DNA of 64,000 nt from Candidatus Latescibacterota bacterium (GTDB taxonomy: Bacteria > Latescibacterota > UBA2968 > UBA8231): positions 4,576,001-4,640,000 of the forward strand of contig OZ252098.1 of the NCBI GenBank assembly GCA_965248355.1. The letters run 5' to 3'. Made by a program: the position numbers and the translations under genes. The notes beneath the pieces were generated by a model. The model made no database searches. It worked only from the letters and a program-made list of their open reading frames with translations, and was not told the origin of the DNA. Shown here piece after piece: positions 46,061 through 56,162 of this stretch. Every line of letters begins with the position of its first letter. Within the stretch, counting starts at the first letter, position 1.

Positions 46061-47292
46061 AGGTCACGGAGATCGAGGTCCACCGGATCAGCCTGCCGTA
46101 CGTCGACTGGATCGCCTACCCGCTCAACCACTACTACGGGCCGACGCAGCGCACCATCTACGTGGCCCACACCGACGACGGCCTCATCGGCCTGGGGGAG
46201 AGCGGCTCCACCGAGCCGCAGGAGACGGTGGACCACTACATCGGCACCAACCCCTTCGACCACGTGGGCGACGAGGTCTCCCTGGGGCTGGGCACGGCCA
46301 TGTACGACCTGATGGGGCAGGCCGCGGGCGTGCCGGTCTACAAGCTCTTCGGACAGAAGCACCGCTCATGGGTGCCGGTGGGTAGCTGGACCGTCTCCAC
46401 CCATCCCGACCGCATGGCCGAGGCCGTGCGCGAGTACTCGGCCCAAGGCTACACCTGGATGAAGTTCCATCTGTCGCCCTTCGAGAACGTCATCGACCAG
46501 ACCGAGGCGATGCAGGCGGTTGCCCCGAAGGGGTTCCGCATCCACTACGACTTCACCATGCACGGCACCGACGACCACATGTTCACCCTCCTGGCGAAGC
46601 TGGCGCGCTATCCGATCGCCGGCTGCTTCGAGGACGCCCTGCCGGCGAACGACCTGCCCGGCTACATGGAACTGCGCAAGCGCAGCCCTCTCCCCGTCGT
46701 CCTTCACCACTCCCCGCTGGGGGCCACCTACGAGGTCCTCATGGGCGCCGCCGACGCCTACATGCTCGGCCACTCGCGAATCGGCGACACCGTGCGCCGG
46801 GCCGGGCTCTTCGCCGCCGGCGACATCCCCTTCATGCTGCAGAACGTGGGCGGCGACATCACCCGCGCCATGACCTGCCACATGATGGCCGCCTTCCCCT
46901 CGGCGCACTTCCACTTCTTCAGCGACTGCGAGACCTGGGCCGACGACGTGGTGCGCGAGCGGTCGCAGCCGGTGAACGGGTTCCTGAGGGTGCCCGAGAG
47001 ACCGGGCCTCGGCGTCACCCTGGACCGCGAGGCCCTGGAGCGCCTGAAGCGGCTCGAGCTGCCCGCTCACTCGCGGTGGATCGTCCGCTCCCGCTTCGCC
47101 AACGGCGCGCGGATGTACAACATCGCCGATCCCGCCGAGTCGATCTTCATGGTGCGCCCCGACCGGCGGCGGCTGATCCCCATGAGCTACGACGCCCCCA
47201 TCGAGACCGACTACTGGGACGACGACGGCTCGCCGGAGTACCGCGCCATGTTCGAGCGGATCGAGCGCGAGGGGATGGTGCTGGAGCGCTGA
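46057..47292 (+). CDS. Mandelate racemase / muconate-lactonizing enzyme family protein
   Basis: TDDGLIGLGE, AMYDLMGQAAGVPVYKLFG, VPERPGLGV; ATGA overlap. Confidence 0.88.
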   Translation: MKVTEIEVHRISLPYVDWIAYPLNHYYGPTQRTIYVAHTDDGLIGLGESGSTEPQETVDHYIGTNPFDHVGDEVSLGLGTAMYDLMGQAAGVPVYKLFGQKHRSWVPVGSWTVSTHPDRMAEAVREYSAQGYTWMKFHLSPFENVIDQTEAMQAVAPKGFRIHYDFTMHGTDDHMFTLLAKLARYPIAGCFEDALPANDLPGYMELRKRSPLPVVLHHSPLGATYEVLMGAADAYMLGHSRIGDTVRRAGLFAAGDIPFMLQNVGGDITRAMTCHMMAAFPSAHFHFFSDCETWADDVVRERSQPVNGFLRVPERPGLGVTLDREALERLKRLELPAHSRWIVRSRFANGARMYNIADPAESIFMVRPDRRRLIPMSYDAPIETDYWDDDGSPEYRAMFERIEREGMVLER

Positions 47293-47309
47293 GGTTCCGC
47301 GTCCGCGGC

Positions 47310-48926
47310 TCAGAGCCCGGCCGCGTGCCGTCCCGCCTCGGGATCGCCGGCGGCCAGGAATCCTCCTCCGGCCTCCACCCGCAGCATCACCGGCGCCGAG
47401 ATCGCCCCCGCCTTCGCCTGCAGCGGGTGGCCCCGCCGCTGAAGCTCGGCCCGCACCTCCGCATCCACGGAATCGTTGATCTCCAGGGCCCCGGCGTCGG
47501 TGAAGGTCTCTTCCCGCCGCGGGTTGGGGTCGAAGGAGTTCTGGTGGTGGAAGGAGCTGAACCGGGGCGCACGCACCGCCTCGGCCGGGGTCATGCCGAA
47601 GTCGATGGCGTCGAGCAGGAGGGCCAGGGTGGTCTGGTCCTGGCGGTCGCCGCCGGCGACGCTCACGGCGAAGGCGGGCCTGCCGTCCTTGAGGACCAGC
47701 GTCGGGGTGAGGGTGATGCGGGGTCGCTTGCCGGGCTGGATGCAGTTGGGGTGGCCCGGCGTCGTGTTGAGGCTGCGCAGGCGGTTGCCGTAGGTGACCC
47801 CCGCCTCGCCGCCGTCCATGCGGGTGGTGTCGACGTTGGCGCTCGGGGTCGCCGAGACGACGTTGCCCCAGCGGTCGGCCACGACGCAGGTGGTGGTGCC
47901 CTCGCCGCCGGGCCGGAAGACGCCCCCCGGCGTGACCGCCTCCATGGCCAGCGGATCCCCCGGGCGCGCCTCGGAGGCGGCGGCGGCCATGTCGATCAGC
48001 GGTCGGCGCAGGCTGGTGTAGGCGTCGGAGAGCAGGGACTCCAAGGGCACGTGGACGAACTCCGGGTCGCCGTAGTGGGCGTCGCGGTCGGCGAAAGCCA
48101 GCTTGATCGCCTCCACCACCGCGTGGACGTAGTCGGCCGACAGGTGTCCCATGGCCGCCAGGTCGAAGCCCTCCAGCAGGCGCAGGGCCTGCAGCAGCGC
48201 CGGACCCTGGGTCCAGGTGCTGCACTTGCAGACCGTGTAGCCGCGGTAGTCGGCGGTGGCCGGCTCCTCGATGGTGGTGCGGTGGGCGGACAGATCGGCC
48301 CGGCGCAGGAAGCTGCCGTGCTTGACGAACTCGGCCTCCAGCTCCTCGGCGATGTCGTTGCAGCGTGAGGAGCGGCCGTAGAAGCGGTCGCAGGCGGCCT
48401 GCAGCCGGTCCTCGCGGGAGCCTCCCGCCAGACTTTCCTCCTCCACCATGCGCCGCAGGGTGCGCGCCAGCTTCGGCTCCCACTCGCGGTCTCCGGCGTC
48501 GAGGATCTCGATTGTCGGGGCGACGACCTGCCCAAGGGACATGGTGCCGTAGCGCTGCATGGTGGTGATGCACAGGTCCACCACCGAGGGCACGGGAGCC
48601 ATCTTCATGTCCCCCCGCCCCGGGATGCCGTGGGCCATGTACCAGTCGATGGCCGCCGGGTCCAGGGGCGCGCGGCCCTGGCCCGACAGGGACTTCACCT
48701 CGCCGCGGCCGGCGTCGTAGATCAGCAGCGGCACCTCGCCGCCGATGCAGCAGGCCACGTGGTCGGTGACCTGCAGGGCGAAGATGGTGGCGGCCGCCGC
48801 GTCGGCGGCGTTGCCGCCCTGCTCGAGGATCCGCATGCCCGCGGCCACGGCGCCGGCGCCGCCCGCGGCCACCGCGCCGGCGCCGCTGGACGCCTGCCAA
48901 CCGATCTGATCCGTGCCTTGCGCCAT
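47310..48926 (-). CDS. ggt: Gamma-glutamyltransferase family protein
   Basis: GGNAADAA, KLAFADR, catalytic GTT..VADRWGN, PGKRPRITLTP. Confidence 0.9.
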   Translation of the reverse strand: MAQGTDQIGWQASSGAGAVAAGGAGAVAAGMRILEQGGNAADAAAATIFALQVTDHVACCIGGEVPLLIYDAGRGEVKSLSGQGRAPLDPAAIDWYMAHGIPGRGDMKMAPVPSVVDLCITTMQRYGTMSLGQVVAPTIEILDAGDREWEPKLARTLRRMVEEESLAGGSREDRLQAACDRFYGRSSRCNDIAEELEAEFVKHGSFLRRADLSAHRTTIEEPATADYRGYTVCKCSTWTQGPALLQALRLLEGFDLAAMGHLSADYVHAVVEAIKLAFADRDAHYGDPEFVHVPLESLLSDAYTSLRRPLIDMAAAASEARPGDPLAMEAVTPGGVFRPGGEGTTTCVVADRWGNVVSATPSANVDTTRMDGGEAGVTYGNRLRSLNTTPGHPNCIQPGKRPRITLTPTLVLKDGRPAFAVSVAGGDRQDQTTLALLLDAIDFGMTPAEAVRAPRFSSFHHQNSFDPNPRREETFTDAGALEINDSVDAEVRAELQRRGHPLQAKAGAISAPVMLRVEAGGGFLAAGDPEAGRHAAGL

Positions 48927-48941
48927 GCTCCTGCGCCTCCC

Positions 48942-49091
48942 TTACGGGTGGCCCTCCAGGTGACGGTCGATCCGGGCGTTCAGGGCATCGAATCGTCGCT
49001 CAAGGCTGTCGATCCTGGCACCCAGAACCTTCCAGAGAAAAACGGTGGCAGCCACTACGACCGCCGGGGTCAAATAGGACTCCAGGCTCAT
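48942..49091 (-). CDS. Small TM plus coiled-coil protein (49 aa)
   Basis: GGAGG RBS; TTGACA upstream; paralog at 61132-61380. Confidence 0.65.
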   Translation of the reverse strand: MSLESYLTPAVVVAATVFLWKVLGARIDSLERRFDALNARIDRHLEGHP

Positions 49092-49166
49092 TGGGTAGCC
49101 CTCCTTCCGCAAGAACCTTCCGGCGGAAAGGCCCCTTGTCAAGCCATCGGAGGAACCGGGGCGCCG

Positions 49167-49622
49167 TCAGCGGCGGGTACTGCCCTTCACCTGGCCCCAG
49201 GACCGGGGCGTCACGGCGGTGGCCGACGAGATCACCAGCGTCACCCGGGGCAGGTCCGCTTCGGCGGGCCCCTCCAGGTAGCGGCCCTCGCGGTCGAAGT
49301 AGCTCTCGTGGCAGGAGCAGGCGATGAGGCCCTCCTCGTCGGGCAGGGAGACCTCGCAGCCCCAGTGAGGACAGGCGCTGCTGAAGGCGATGAGCTCGTC
49401 CTCCGACAGGCGCACCACGATCACGGGCTCGAAGCTGCCCTCGGGGAGCACCTTCATGGAGCCGCCCACCTCGGCCAGGGCGGCGAAGCGCGGGTCGTCG
49501 AGGTCGATGACGACCTGCACCTCCCGCCGCTGCTGCGGTCCGGCGCCGGCGGTCTCCCGCCAGGCGGCGGCCCCGGCCACGGCGAGGGTGACGACGCGGC
49601 GCCCGAAGCACCTGCGGTCCAT
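49167..49622 (-). CDS. Rieske [2Fe-2S] protein with Tat-like signal
   Basis: CPHWGC...CSCHESYFD...GPA; N-terminal DRRCF; C-terminal TAVTPRSWGQVK. Confidence 0.88.
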   Translation of the reverse strand: MDRRCFGRRVVTLAVAGAAAWRETAGAGPQQRREVQVVIDLDDPRFAALAEVGGSMKVLPEGSFEPVIVVRLSEDELIAFSSACPHWGCEVSLPDEEGLIACSCHESYFDREGRYLEGPAEADLPRVTLVISSATAVTPRSWGQVKGSTRR

Positions 49623-49648
49623 GGGTTGCGGGACGGCGCCCGGTCCGT

Positions 49649-50041
49649 CTACTCGCAGAACAGGCGCACCCGCTCGCCGTCCTCGCCTTCGATGTTGATT
49701 TCCAGATCGGCCAGCGACTCCACCAGCTCCTCGGATGCCATGTTGAAGAACTGGTCGATGTCGAAGCCCTCCTTCTTCAGCTTCCCCTTGGCCGAGTCCG
49801 GCACCAGGGCCCCCAGGCGGATGCCGGTCCGGATGAGGGCTATGGGGATCTGCAACTCCACCTTGTCCTCGCCGTCGGCGATCTGGATGCGCAGATAGCG
49901 GGGTGCACTGCGGGACAGGTCGTCCGAGCGGCCTGCCTGCGCGGGCGGGGCCTCCACCTTGTCGAGCAGGCGCTGGGCGTCGTCGACGCTGATCTGGTCG
50001 GCGGCCAGCATGTCCAGGATCTTGCGGCGGTCCTCACTCAT
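49649..50041 (-). CDS. SHOCT-like domain protein (DUF2089 operon partner)
   Basis: MSEDRRKILDMLAADQISVDDAQRLL; RYLRIQI...IPIAL. Confidence 0.8.
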   Translation of the reverse strand: MSEDRRKILDMLAADQISVDDAQRLLDKVEAPPAQAGRSDDLSRSAPRYLRIQIADGEDKVELQIPIALIRTGIRLGALVPDSAKGKLKKEGFDIDQFFNMASEELVESLADLEINIEGEDGERVRLFCE

Positions 50042-50063
50042 GAGGGGTCTCCTTTCATAATGG

Positions 50064-50294
50064 TTACAGCACGTGCAGCAGGAAGCGCTCTCGGGAGCCG
50101 CTGCGGACGCTGACGCGCAGACCCCGCGCCGCGGCGGCCAGCCGCAGCAGGGCGATGCCCCGGGGGTCGCGGGCGATCCGGCCATGGGCGATGACGGGCA
50201 GGGCCAGCGGCCAGAGGAGAACCACGGGGATGGGCACGGGGACGACCCAGCGCCCGCGCCCGAAGGCGAGGAGGACGAGCACGGGCGGGATCAA
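50064..50294 (-). CDS. Small membrane protein
   Basis: TTG start overlaps the upstream stop; hydrophobic VPVPIPVVLLWPLALP. Confidence 0.55.
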   Translation of the reverse strand: MIPPVLVLLAFGRGRWVVPVPIPVVLLWPLALPVIAHGRIARDPRGIALLRLAAAARGLRVSVRSGSRERFLLHVL

Positions 50295-50647
50295 GGCAGC
50301 TCCTCGAGGGCCTGATCGAGGGTGATCTCCCCGCGCGACAGCCTGTCGAGCACCGCGGACTTGTCGGAGGACGGGGGCGGAGTGAAGGCCGCGTCGAGCT
50401 GCGCCACGATCCGGTTGAGCCGGTTCTTCACCGTCGGGTAGCTGATCCCGAACAGCGATTCCATGCGCCGGATGGACCCGTGGCCGCGCACGAAGGCGGT
50501 GACGAAGACCTGGTCGTCGAGGTCGAGCTGGCCGAGGGCCGAGACCTCGATCTCGCCCTCCACGGCCACGCCGCAGGCGCGGCAGACCATTCGCTCGACT
50601 TCGAGCGGTTTGGAGCACTCGGGGCATTGCGCCTTTGAAATATCCAT
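50291..50647 (-). CDS. DUF2089 family protein (Zn-ribbon, HTH, SHOCT-like)
   Basis: CPEC...CRAC; GISYPTVKNRL; VLDRLSRGEIT. Confidence 0.88.
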   Translation of the reverse strand: MDISKAQCPECSKPLEVERMVCRACGVAVEGEIEVSALGQLDLDDQVFVTAFVRGHGSIRRMESLFGISYPTVKNRLNRIVAQLDAAFTPPPSSDKSAVLDRLSRGEITLDQALEELP

Positions 50648-50710
50648 GGAATCATCCCCTGTTTCGGACACCAAGGTAAACAGGACATCAAAAAAATCAA
50701 GTTCTGTATT

Positions 50711-50727
50711 GAATTATTGAATAATTC
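50711..50727. promoter_or_regulatory. Perfect palindrome in the AT-rich divergent promoter region
   Basis: GAATTATT-G-AATAATTC. Confidence 0.55.
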
Positions 50728-50885
50728 TGGCTTCGCCAAAGGGAGAGGCGTCGTCGTCAGGGGGAAGCCAGAGGCAACCGAGCGCCAAGAGCGATCCAGT
50801 ACAAAATTTGTCCTGATTGAGAGAAATTATCTTGCAAAGGACATGTTTTTCCGTAGGATAGTCGTCTATTCGTGGAGATTTTCCA

Positions 50886-51287
50886 TTGAGGAAAGCACTC
50901 GAGCACTGTCCCGCCTGCGGCGGAGAGCTCCGGATCACCCGGCTCAGCTGCGGAAGCTGCGAGACCGAGATCACGGGCCGCTTCGCCGCCACCGTCTTCG
51001 ATCGCCTGTCGCCGGGCTCCCTGGCCTTTGCCGAGGCCTTCCTGCGGGCCCGGGGCAACGTCAAGGAGATGGAGCGCGAGCTGGGCGTCCCCTACGCGGC
51101 GGTGCGCAACCGCCTCGACGAGGTGGTCGCCGAGCTGGGCTTCGAGCGCCGGGGAGAGGCCCAGGCTCCGGCTCCCCCTTCGGAAGACGGCGGGCGCCGC
51201 GGCGTGCTGGAGCGTCTGGAGCGCGGCGAGATCGACGCGGAGACGGCGGTCACCATGCTGGAGCAACTGAAGGAGAAAGGAACATGA
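50886..51287 (+). CDS. DUF2089 family protein (second, divergent)
   Basis: CPACGG...CGSC; GNVKEMERELGVPYAAVRNRLD; VLERLERGEID. Confidence 0.88.
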   Translation: MRKALEHCPACGGELRITRLSCGSCETEITGRFAATVFDRLSPGSLAFAEAFLRARGNVKEMERELGVPYAAVRNRLDEVVAELGFERRGEAQAPAPPSEDGGRRGVLERLERGEIDAETAVTMLEQLKEKGT

Positions 51288-53047
51288 GCGACGAACGCGC
51301 CAAGGTGCTGCAGATGCTGGCGGACGGGAAGATCTCGGTGGAGGAGGCCGAGCGGCTGCTCAAGGCCCTCGGGGCGGAGGACCCGCCCCGGCGCGGGGGG
51401 AAGTGGCCCCGGGTGAAGTGGCCGAGGTTCCCCAATCTCGAAGGCCACGTGCCCGTGGAGCTGGAGGACCTCGAGGGCGAGATCCGCGACGGCTTCCAAC
51501 GCGCCCAGCGGACCGTGCGGGCCTCCATGCCGGGGGTGCGCCGCACCGTGCGCGACGCCATCCCCGACGTGGACAACCTGGTGGACGAGGCGTTTGCCGC
51601 CATCCCCGACCTGGGGGAGGCCCTGCACGACGTGGGCCGGACCATCAGCGAGGCCTTCTCCGAGCCCGAAGACGCCGAGGACGACCGCGAGTACGCCTTC
51701 ACCGCCGAGCACAGCCTCTCCGACGAGGCGCCCCTGTCGGCGGGGGAACGCCTGGTGGTGCGCAACCCCCGCGGGTCGATCCAGGTGCGGACCTGGGACC
51801 GGGAGGAGGTCCAGGTGGAGCTGCGCGTCGTCGCCGGCGCCCACAGCGAGGAGACGGCGAGGGCCCGCGCCCGGCGGGTGGGCCTGGGCCTCGACCGCAA
51901 CGAGGGCGCCCTGCGGATCCAGGCCACGGGCACCGGTTCCGTCGACGAGGAGCCGTGCAGGTTGAGCTTTCACTTCGTCCTGCGCGTGCACCCGAAGGTG
52001 ACGGTGGATCTGCGCAACGCCCACGGCGAGGTCGACGTCGCCGGCACTCAGGCCGACGCCCGCGTCGACGCCCGCCACGGCCGCACGACGCTCCACGGCA
52101 TCGGCGGCGACACCGTCCTCCGGCAGCGCCACGGGGAGGCCGACCTGCGCAAGCTGGGGGGCGGTCTCACCCTCGACGCCTATCACTCCAAGGTGGGGGT
52201 GAAGTCGGTGGGGGCCGCGGCCACCCTGCGCCTGCAGCACTCTCCGGCCAGGGTCCGGCGCGTCGAAGGCGCCCTCGAGCTGTCGAGCGGCCACGGGCCG
52301 GTGAGCGTCCGCCGGGTCGGCGGCGAGGCCCGGCTCCGCCTGCGCCACAGTCCCCTGGAGGCCGAGGACCTGGGCGCCGGTCTCTCGGTCGACGGCAGCC
52401 ACTCGCCCATGGCCGTGGCCCGCGTCGCCGGGGACGCGCAGCTGACCACCTCCCACGGCCCCGTAAAGCTCACCGAGGTCGGGCGGGACGCCGTGGTGCG
52501 CGCCAGCCACTCCCCGGTGGCGGCGTCGGCCGTGGGCGGCAAGCTCGTGCTGCGCGGGGCCCGCTCGCCGCTGAAGGCCTCCGCCGTCGGCGGCGGCGCC
52601 ATGGTCCGCAGCGACCGCGGCCCCGTCGAGCTGCGCGAGGTGGCCGGCGGCGTCGCCCTGCGCTCCGGCGGCGGCCGCACCCTCCTCGAGAACCCGGGCT
52701 CGGAGGTCACCGTCCAGAGCCAGCGCGGCGATGTCGAGATCCGCTGGAATCGGCCCGTCGACTCCCCCTGCACGGTGCAGTGCTCCCGAGGCAGCGTCTA
52801 CCTCGGGGTGGCCCGCGATTCGTCGCTGGAGGTGCTCGGGCGCGTGGAGCGCGGCCGGGCGGCCACCGACCTGCCCCTGGAGGTGGCGGCCGACGGCCGC
52901 GGCGGCCACACGGTCAGCGGCCGCCTGGGGTCCGGCGAGGCGGCGATGCAGGTCGAGGTCGACCGGGGCCACCTGTCCCTCATGGCCGCGCCCGCAGAGG
53001 CCGGCGAGGAGGAGGCGGAAACCGCCTCCGCGGGAGAGAGCCGATGA
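51284..53047 (+). CDS. SHOCT-like plus DUF4097 beta-repeat protein (YvlB-like architecture)
   Basis: MSDERAKVLQMLADGKISVEEAERLL; repeated xHG/xHS beta-strand units; no signal peptide. Confidence 0.8.
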   Translation: MSDERAKVLQMLADGKISVEEAERLLKALGAEDPPRRGGKWPRVKWPRFPNLEGHVPVELEDLEGEIRDGFQRAQRTVRASMPGVRRTVRDAIPDVDNLVDEAFAAIPDLGEALHDVGRTISEAFSEPEDAEDDREYAFTAEHSLSDEAPLSAGERLVVRNPRGSIQVRTWDREEVQVELRVVAGAHSEETARARARRVGLGLDRNEGALRIQATGTGSVDEEPCRLSFHFVLRVHPKVTVDLRNAHGEVDVAGTQADARVDARHGRTTLHGIGGDTVLRQRHGEADLRKLGGGLTLDAYHSKVGVKSVGAAATLRLQHSPARVRRVEGALELSSGHGPVSVRRVGGEARLRLRHSPLEAEDLGAGLSVDGSHSPMAVARVAGDAQLTTSHGPVKLTEVGRDAVVRASHSPVAASAVGGKLVLRGARSPLKASAVGGGAMVRSDRGPVELREVAGGVALRSGGGRTLLENPGSEVTVQSQRGDVEIRWNRPVDSPCTVQCSRGSVYLGVARDSSLEVLGRVERGRAATDLPLEVAADGRGGHTVSGRLGSGEAAMQVEVDRGHLSLMAAPAEAGEEEAETASAGESR

Positions 53048-55029
53048 TCACCCGGCATCTCTTCCTTATGGCGGCCGGCCTGTGCCTCGCCCTCGAGGCC
53101 GGGGCCGGCGACGTCGACCGCCGCACCGCCAACGACGGACAGGTCGTGCTCGAGAACGTGCCCGAGGTGCCGGCCGAGCTGCGCCAGCGCCTGAACCGCT
53201 ACCTCAACACCCGGGGGGCCGGGGTCCGCGACTGGACCGAGGACGGCGGCGGCCTCTACCTCTCGACCCGCTTCGGCAACGTCTACCAGCTCCACCGCGT
53301 CGACCAGCCCGGCGGCGCCCGCCACCAGCTCACCTTCTTCGAGGAACCCGTGGGCGGCGCCCGGCGGCGTCCCGGCGGCCGCCAGCTGAGCTTCACCATG
53401 GACGCCGGCGGCAACGAGGTCACCCAGATCCACCTCTTCGATCCGGAGACCGGCGATCACCGGATGATCAGCGACGGCCTCTCCCGCCACCGCTCTCCCC
53501 GCTGGAGCCCCGACGGCGAGTGGCTGGCCTTCCAGAGCACCCGCCGTGACGACCGCTCCAACGACGTCTGGGTCATGGACCCGGACGATCCGGAATCCGC
53601 CCGCCTCGTGGTCGAGTCGCCCGACGGCACCTGGTGGGGGCCCATGGACTGGAGCGCCGACGGCGGCCGGCTGCTCATCGCCAACTACGTGAGCATCGCC
53701 GACTCGCGCATCCACCTGCTGGACCTGGCCAGCGGCGAGCTGACCCTCGTGGCCGGCGATCCCGAGAGCCCCGTCAGCGTCCTCGGCGCCGGCGGCTGGT
53801 TCGACGGCGACGACGGGGGCGTGTTCTTCGCCACCGACGAGGACGGCGACTTCCGGCAGCTCGCCCACCTGGACCTGGCCACCGGAGAGCGCACCCTCAT
53901 CACCGCCGGCATCCCCTGGGACGTGGACGACTTCGAGCTCAGCGACGACGGGGAGCGGGCGGTCTTCGCGGTCAACGAGGGGGGCCTCTCCCGACTCTAC
54001 CTGCTCGACCCGCGGAGCCTGGAGTACCGGCCGGTGGAGGGCCTGCCCGTCGGCCTGGCGGGCGGCCTCGACTTCAGTCCCGACGGTTCGCGGCTGGCCA
54101 TGACCCTCAACACCGCCCGCACCCCGAGCGACGTCTTCACCCTCGACCTGGGCGAGGGCCCCCTCGAGCATGGCGACCTCGTGCGCTGGACCTGGAGCGA
54201 GGTGGGCGGCCTCGACACGGACGCCTTCGTCGAGCCCCGGCTCGTCCACTACCCCACCTTCGACGACCGGGAGATCCCGGCCTTCCTCTACCAGCCCGCC
54301 GGCGACGGCCCCTTCCCCGTGATCGTCTACATCCACGGCGGGCCCGAGTCCCAGTACCGCCCCTCCTTCAGCGCCACCTTCCAGGGCTGGATCGCCGAGC
54401 TCGGCGCCGCCGTCATCGCCCCCAACGTGCGCGGCTCCAACGGCTACGGGAAGGCTTACGTCGGCCTCGACAACGGCATGGGCCGCGAGGACTCGGTGCG
54501 CGACATCGGCGCCCTCCTCGACTGGATCGCGGCGCAGCCCGGCCTCGACGGGTCGCGCGTCGCCGTGTACGGGGGCAGCTACGGCGGCTACATGGTCCTG
54601 GCCAGCCTCGTGCACTACGGCGACCGCCTGCGGGCCGGCGTCGAGATCGTCGGCATCAGCAACTTCGTCACCTTCCTGAAGAACACGAAGGCCTATCGGC
54701 GCGACCTGCGGCGGGTGGAGTACGGCGACGAGCGGGATCCGGAGATGGAGGCCCACCTGCAGGAGATCAGCCCCCTCAACAACGCCGACCGGATCACGGC
54801 GCCGCTGTTTGTCGCCCACGGCCAGAACGACCCGCGCGTGCCGGTCACCGAGGCCGGGCAGATCGTCGCCGAGGTCCGCGGCGCCGGGTACGACGTCTGG
54901 TTCATGAACGCCCTCGACGAGGGCCACGGGTACCGCAAGAAGGAGAACTCGGACCTCTACCGGCAGATCGTGGTCATGTTCCTGCGCAGGCACCTGCTCG
55001 GCGAGCCGGCCGATCCGGGCGACGGGTGA
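53044..55029 (+). CDS. S9 family (prolyl oligo/acylaminoacyl) peptidase, secreted
   Basis: Beta-propeller region; IHGGPE, GGSYGG, NDPRV, EGHG catalytic motifs. Confidence 0.93.
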   Translation: MITRHLFLMAAGLCLALEAGAGDVDRRTANDGQVVLENVPEVPAELRQRLNRYLNTRGAGVRDWTEDGGGLYLSTRFGNVYQLHRVDQPGGARHQLTFFEEPVGGARRRPGGRQLSFTMDAGGNEVTQIHLFDPETGDHRMISDGLSRHRSPRWSPDGEWLAFQSTRRDDRSNDVWVMDPDDPESARLVVESPDGTWWGPMDWSADGGRLLIANYVSIADSRIHLLDLASGELTLVAGDPESPVSVLGAGGWFDGDDGGVFFATDEDGDFRQLAHLDLATGERTLITAGIPWDVDDFELSDDGERAVFAVNEGGLSRLYLLDPRSLEYRPVEGLPVGLAGGLDFSPDGSRLAMTLNTARTPSDVFTLDLGEGPLEHGDLVRWTWSEVGGLDTDAFVEPRLVHYPTFDDREIPAFLYQPAGDGPFPVIVYIHGGPESQYRPSFSATFQGWIAELGAAVIAPNVRGSNGYGKAYVGLDNGMGREDSVRDIGALLDWIAAQPGLDGSRVAVYGGSYGGYMVLASLVHYGDRLRAGVEIVGISNFVTFLKNTKAYRRDLRRVEYGDERDPEMEAHLQEISPLNNADRITAPLFVAHGQNDPRVPVTEAGQIVAEVRGAGYDVWFMNALDEGHGYRKKENSDLYRQIVVMFLRRHLLGEPADPGDG

Positions 55030-56162
55030 GCAGGAGGGGGTCCGTCCGGCGGAAGGAGAGTTCCGCAAGGCAGGCCCAGCTCTGGACGGCTTCCGCCCTC
55101 GACGGCACCCAGGACATCCTGCAAGGGGAGCTGGCCCGGCGCTTCGGAGAGGAGTGCCTCCTCGTCCCCCACGACCGGCCGGACGAGGTCCACTTCACCT
55201 TTGCGGGAGAGCCGGAGAGGCTGCTCTCCCTGGCCACGGCCCAGAGCCTGCTGCTGCGCCGGGACTTCGCCGTGCAGCGGCCCCGCACCCTTCTGAGCCC
55301 GGAGCACATGACCGCCCTCGTGGAGCTGATCCGCCGCGCCCAGGGCCTGGGGCGCCCCCCCACCGGGTTCCGCTTCGACGCCGCCGGCGCCGGGTCGCCC
55401 ACCATGCGCCGCATCGCCGCGCGTCTGGAGGAGCGCCTCGGCATGCCCTGGGAGCCGGAGGCGGGGGACTGCCTGATCGCCTTCCGGCCAGGGCGCCGGG
55501 GCTGGGAGGTGCTCTGCCGGGTGGGGAACCGCCCCCTGGCCTCCAGGGCCTGGCGGCGGGTCGACTGGCCCGTCAGCCTGAACGCCGTCATCGCCGCCTG
55601 CATGGTGGAGCTGACCCGCCCCCGGCGGGAGCAGCGCTGCCTCAACCTCATGTGCGGGGGCGGGACCCTGCTGATCGAGCGGCTCCTGCGGCGGGGCGCC
55701 GGCGCCGCCGTGGGCCTCGACATCTCCCGCGAGGCCCTGGCCGCCAGCCGCGGGAACCTGGCCGCCGCCGGTCTGGCGGAGCGGGTGCAGCTGGTCCACG
55801 GCGATGCCCGCGCCACGGGATTCCCCGGCGCCTCCTTCGACGCTCTGACCGCCGACCTGCCGTGGGGGGAGCTTCAGGGATCCCACGGGACCAACCGGGA
55901 CCTCTATGGCGCCACCCTCGCGGAGGCCGGGCGCCTGTGCCGCCCCGGCGGGATCCTGGTCGTGCTGACGCAGGACATCCCCGCGCTGCAGGCGGCCCTC
56001 GCGGAGCTGCGCCCGGCGTGGGCGGTCCTCGACGAGCGGCGGATCGTGCAGCGGGGCTACCGCCCCCTCTGCCTGACCCTGCAGAGGAGGGCGGTAGGGG
56101 TCTCGGCGCCGGGTGTGACTCGGGTGCGCGGCCACCCCGGAGGCGCCGGCGAGGCCTGCTAG
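55026..56162 (+). CDS. SAM-dependent RNA methyltransferase (RlmL/Trm14-like)
   Basis: [33 protein letters not shown] overlap. Confidence 0.75.
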   Translation: MSRRGSVRRKESSARQAQLWTASALDGTQDILQGELARRFGEECLLVPHDRPDEVHFTFAGEPERLLSLATAQSLLLRRDFAVQRPRTLLSPEHMTALVELIRRAQGLGRPPTGFRFDAAGAGSPTMRRIAARLEERLGMPWEPEAGDCLIAFRPGRRGWEVLCRVGNRPLASRAWRRVDWPVSLNAVIAACMVELTRPRREQRCLNLMCGGGTLLIERLLRRGAGAAVGLDISREALAASRGNLAAAGLAERVQLVHGDARATGFPGASFDALTADLPWGELQGSHGTNRDLYGATLAEAGRLCRPGGILVVLTQDIPALQAALAELRPAWAVLDERRIVQRGYRPLCLTLQRRAVGVSAPGVTRVRGHPGGAGEAC

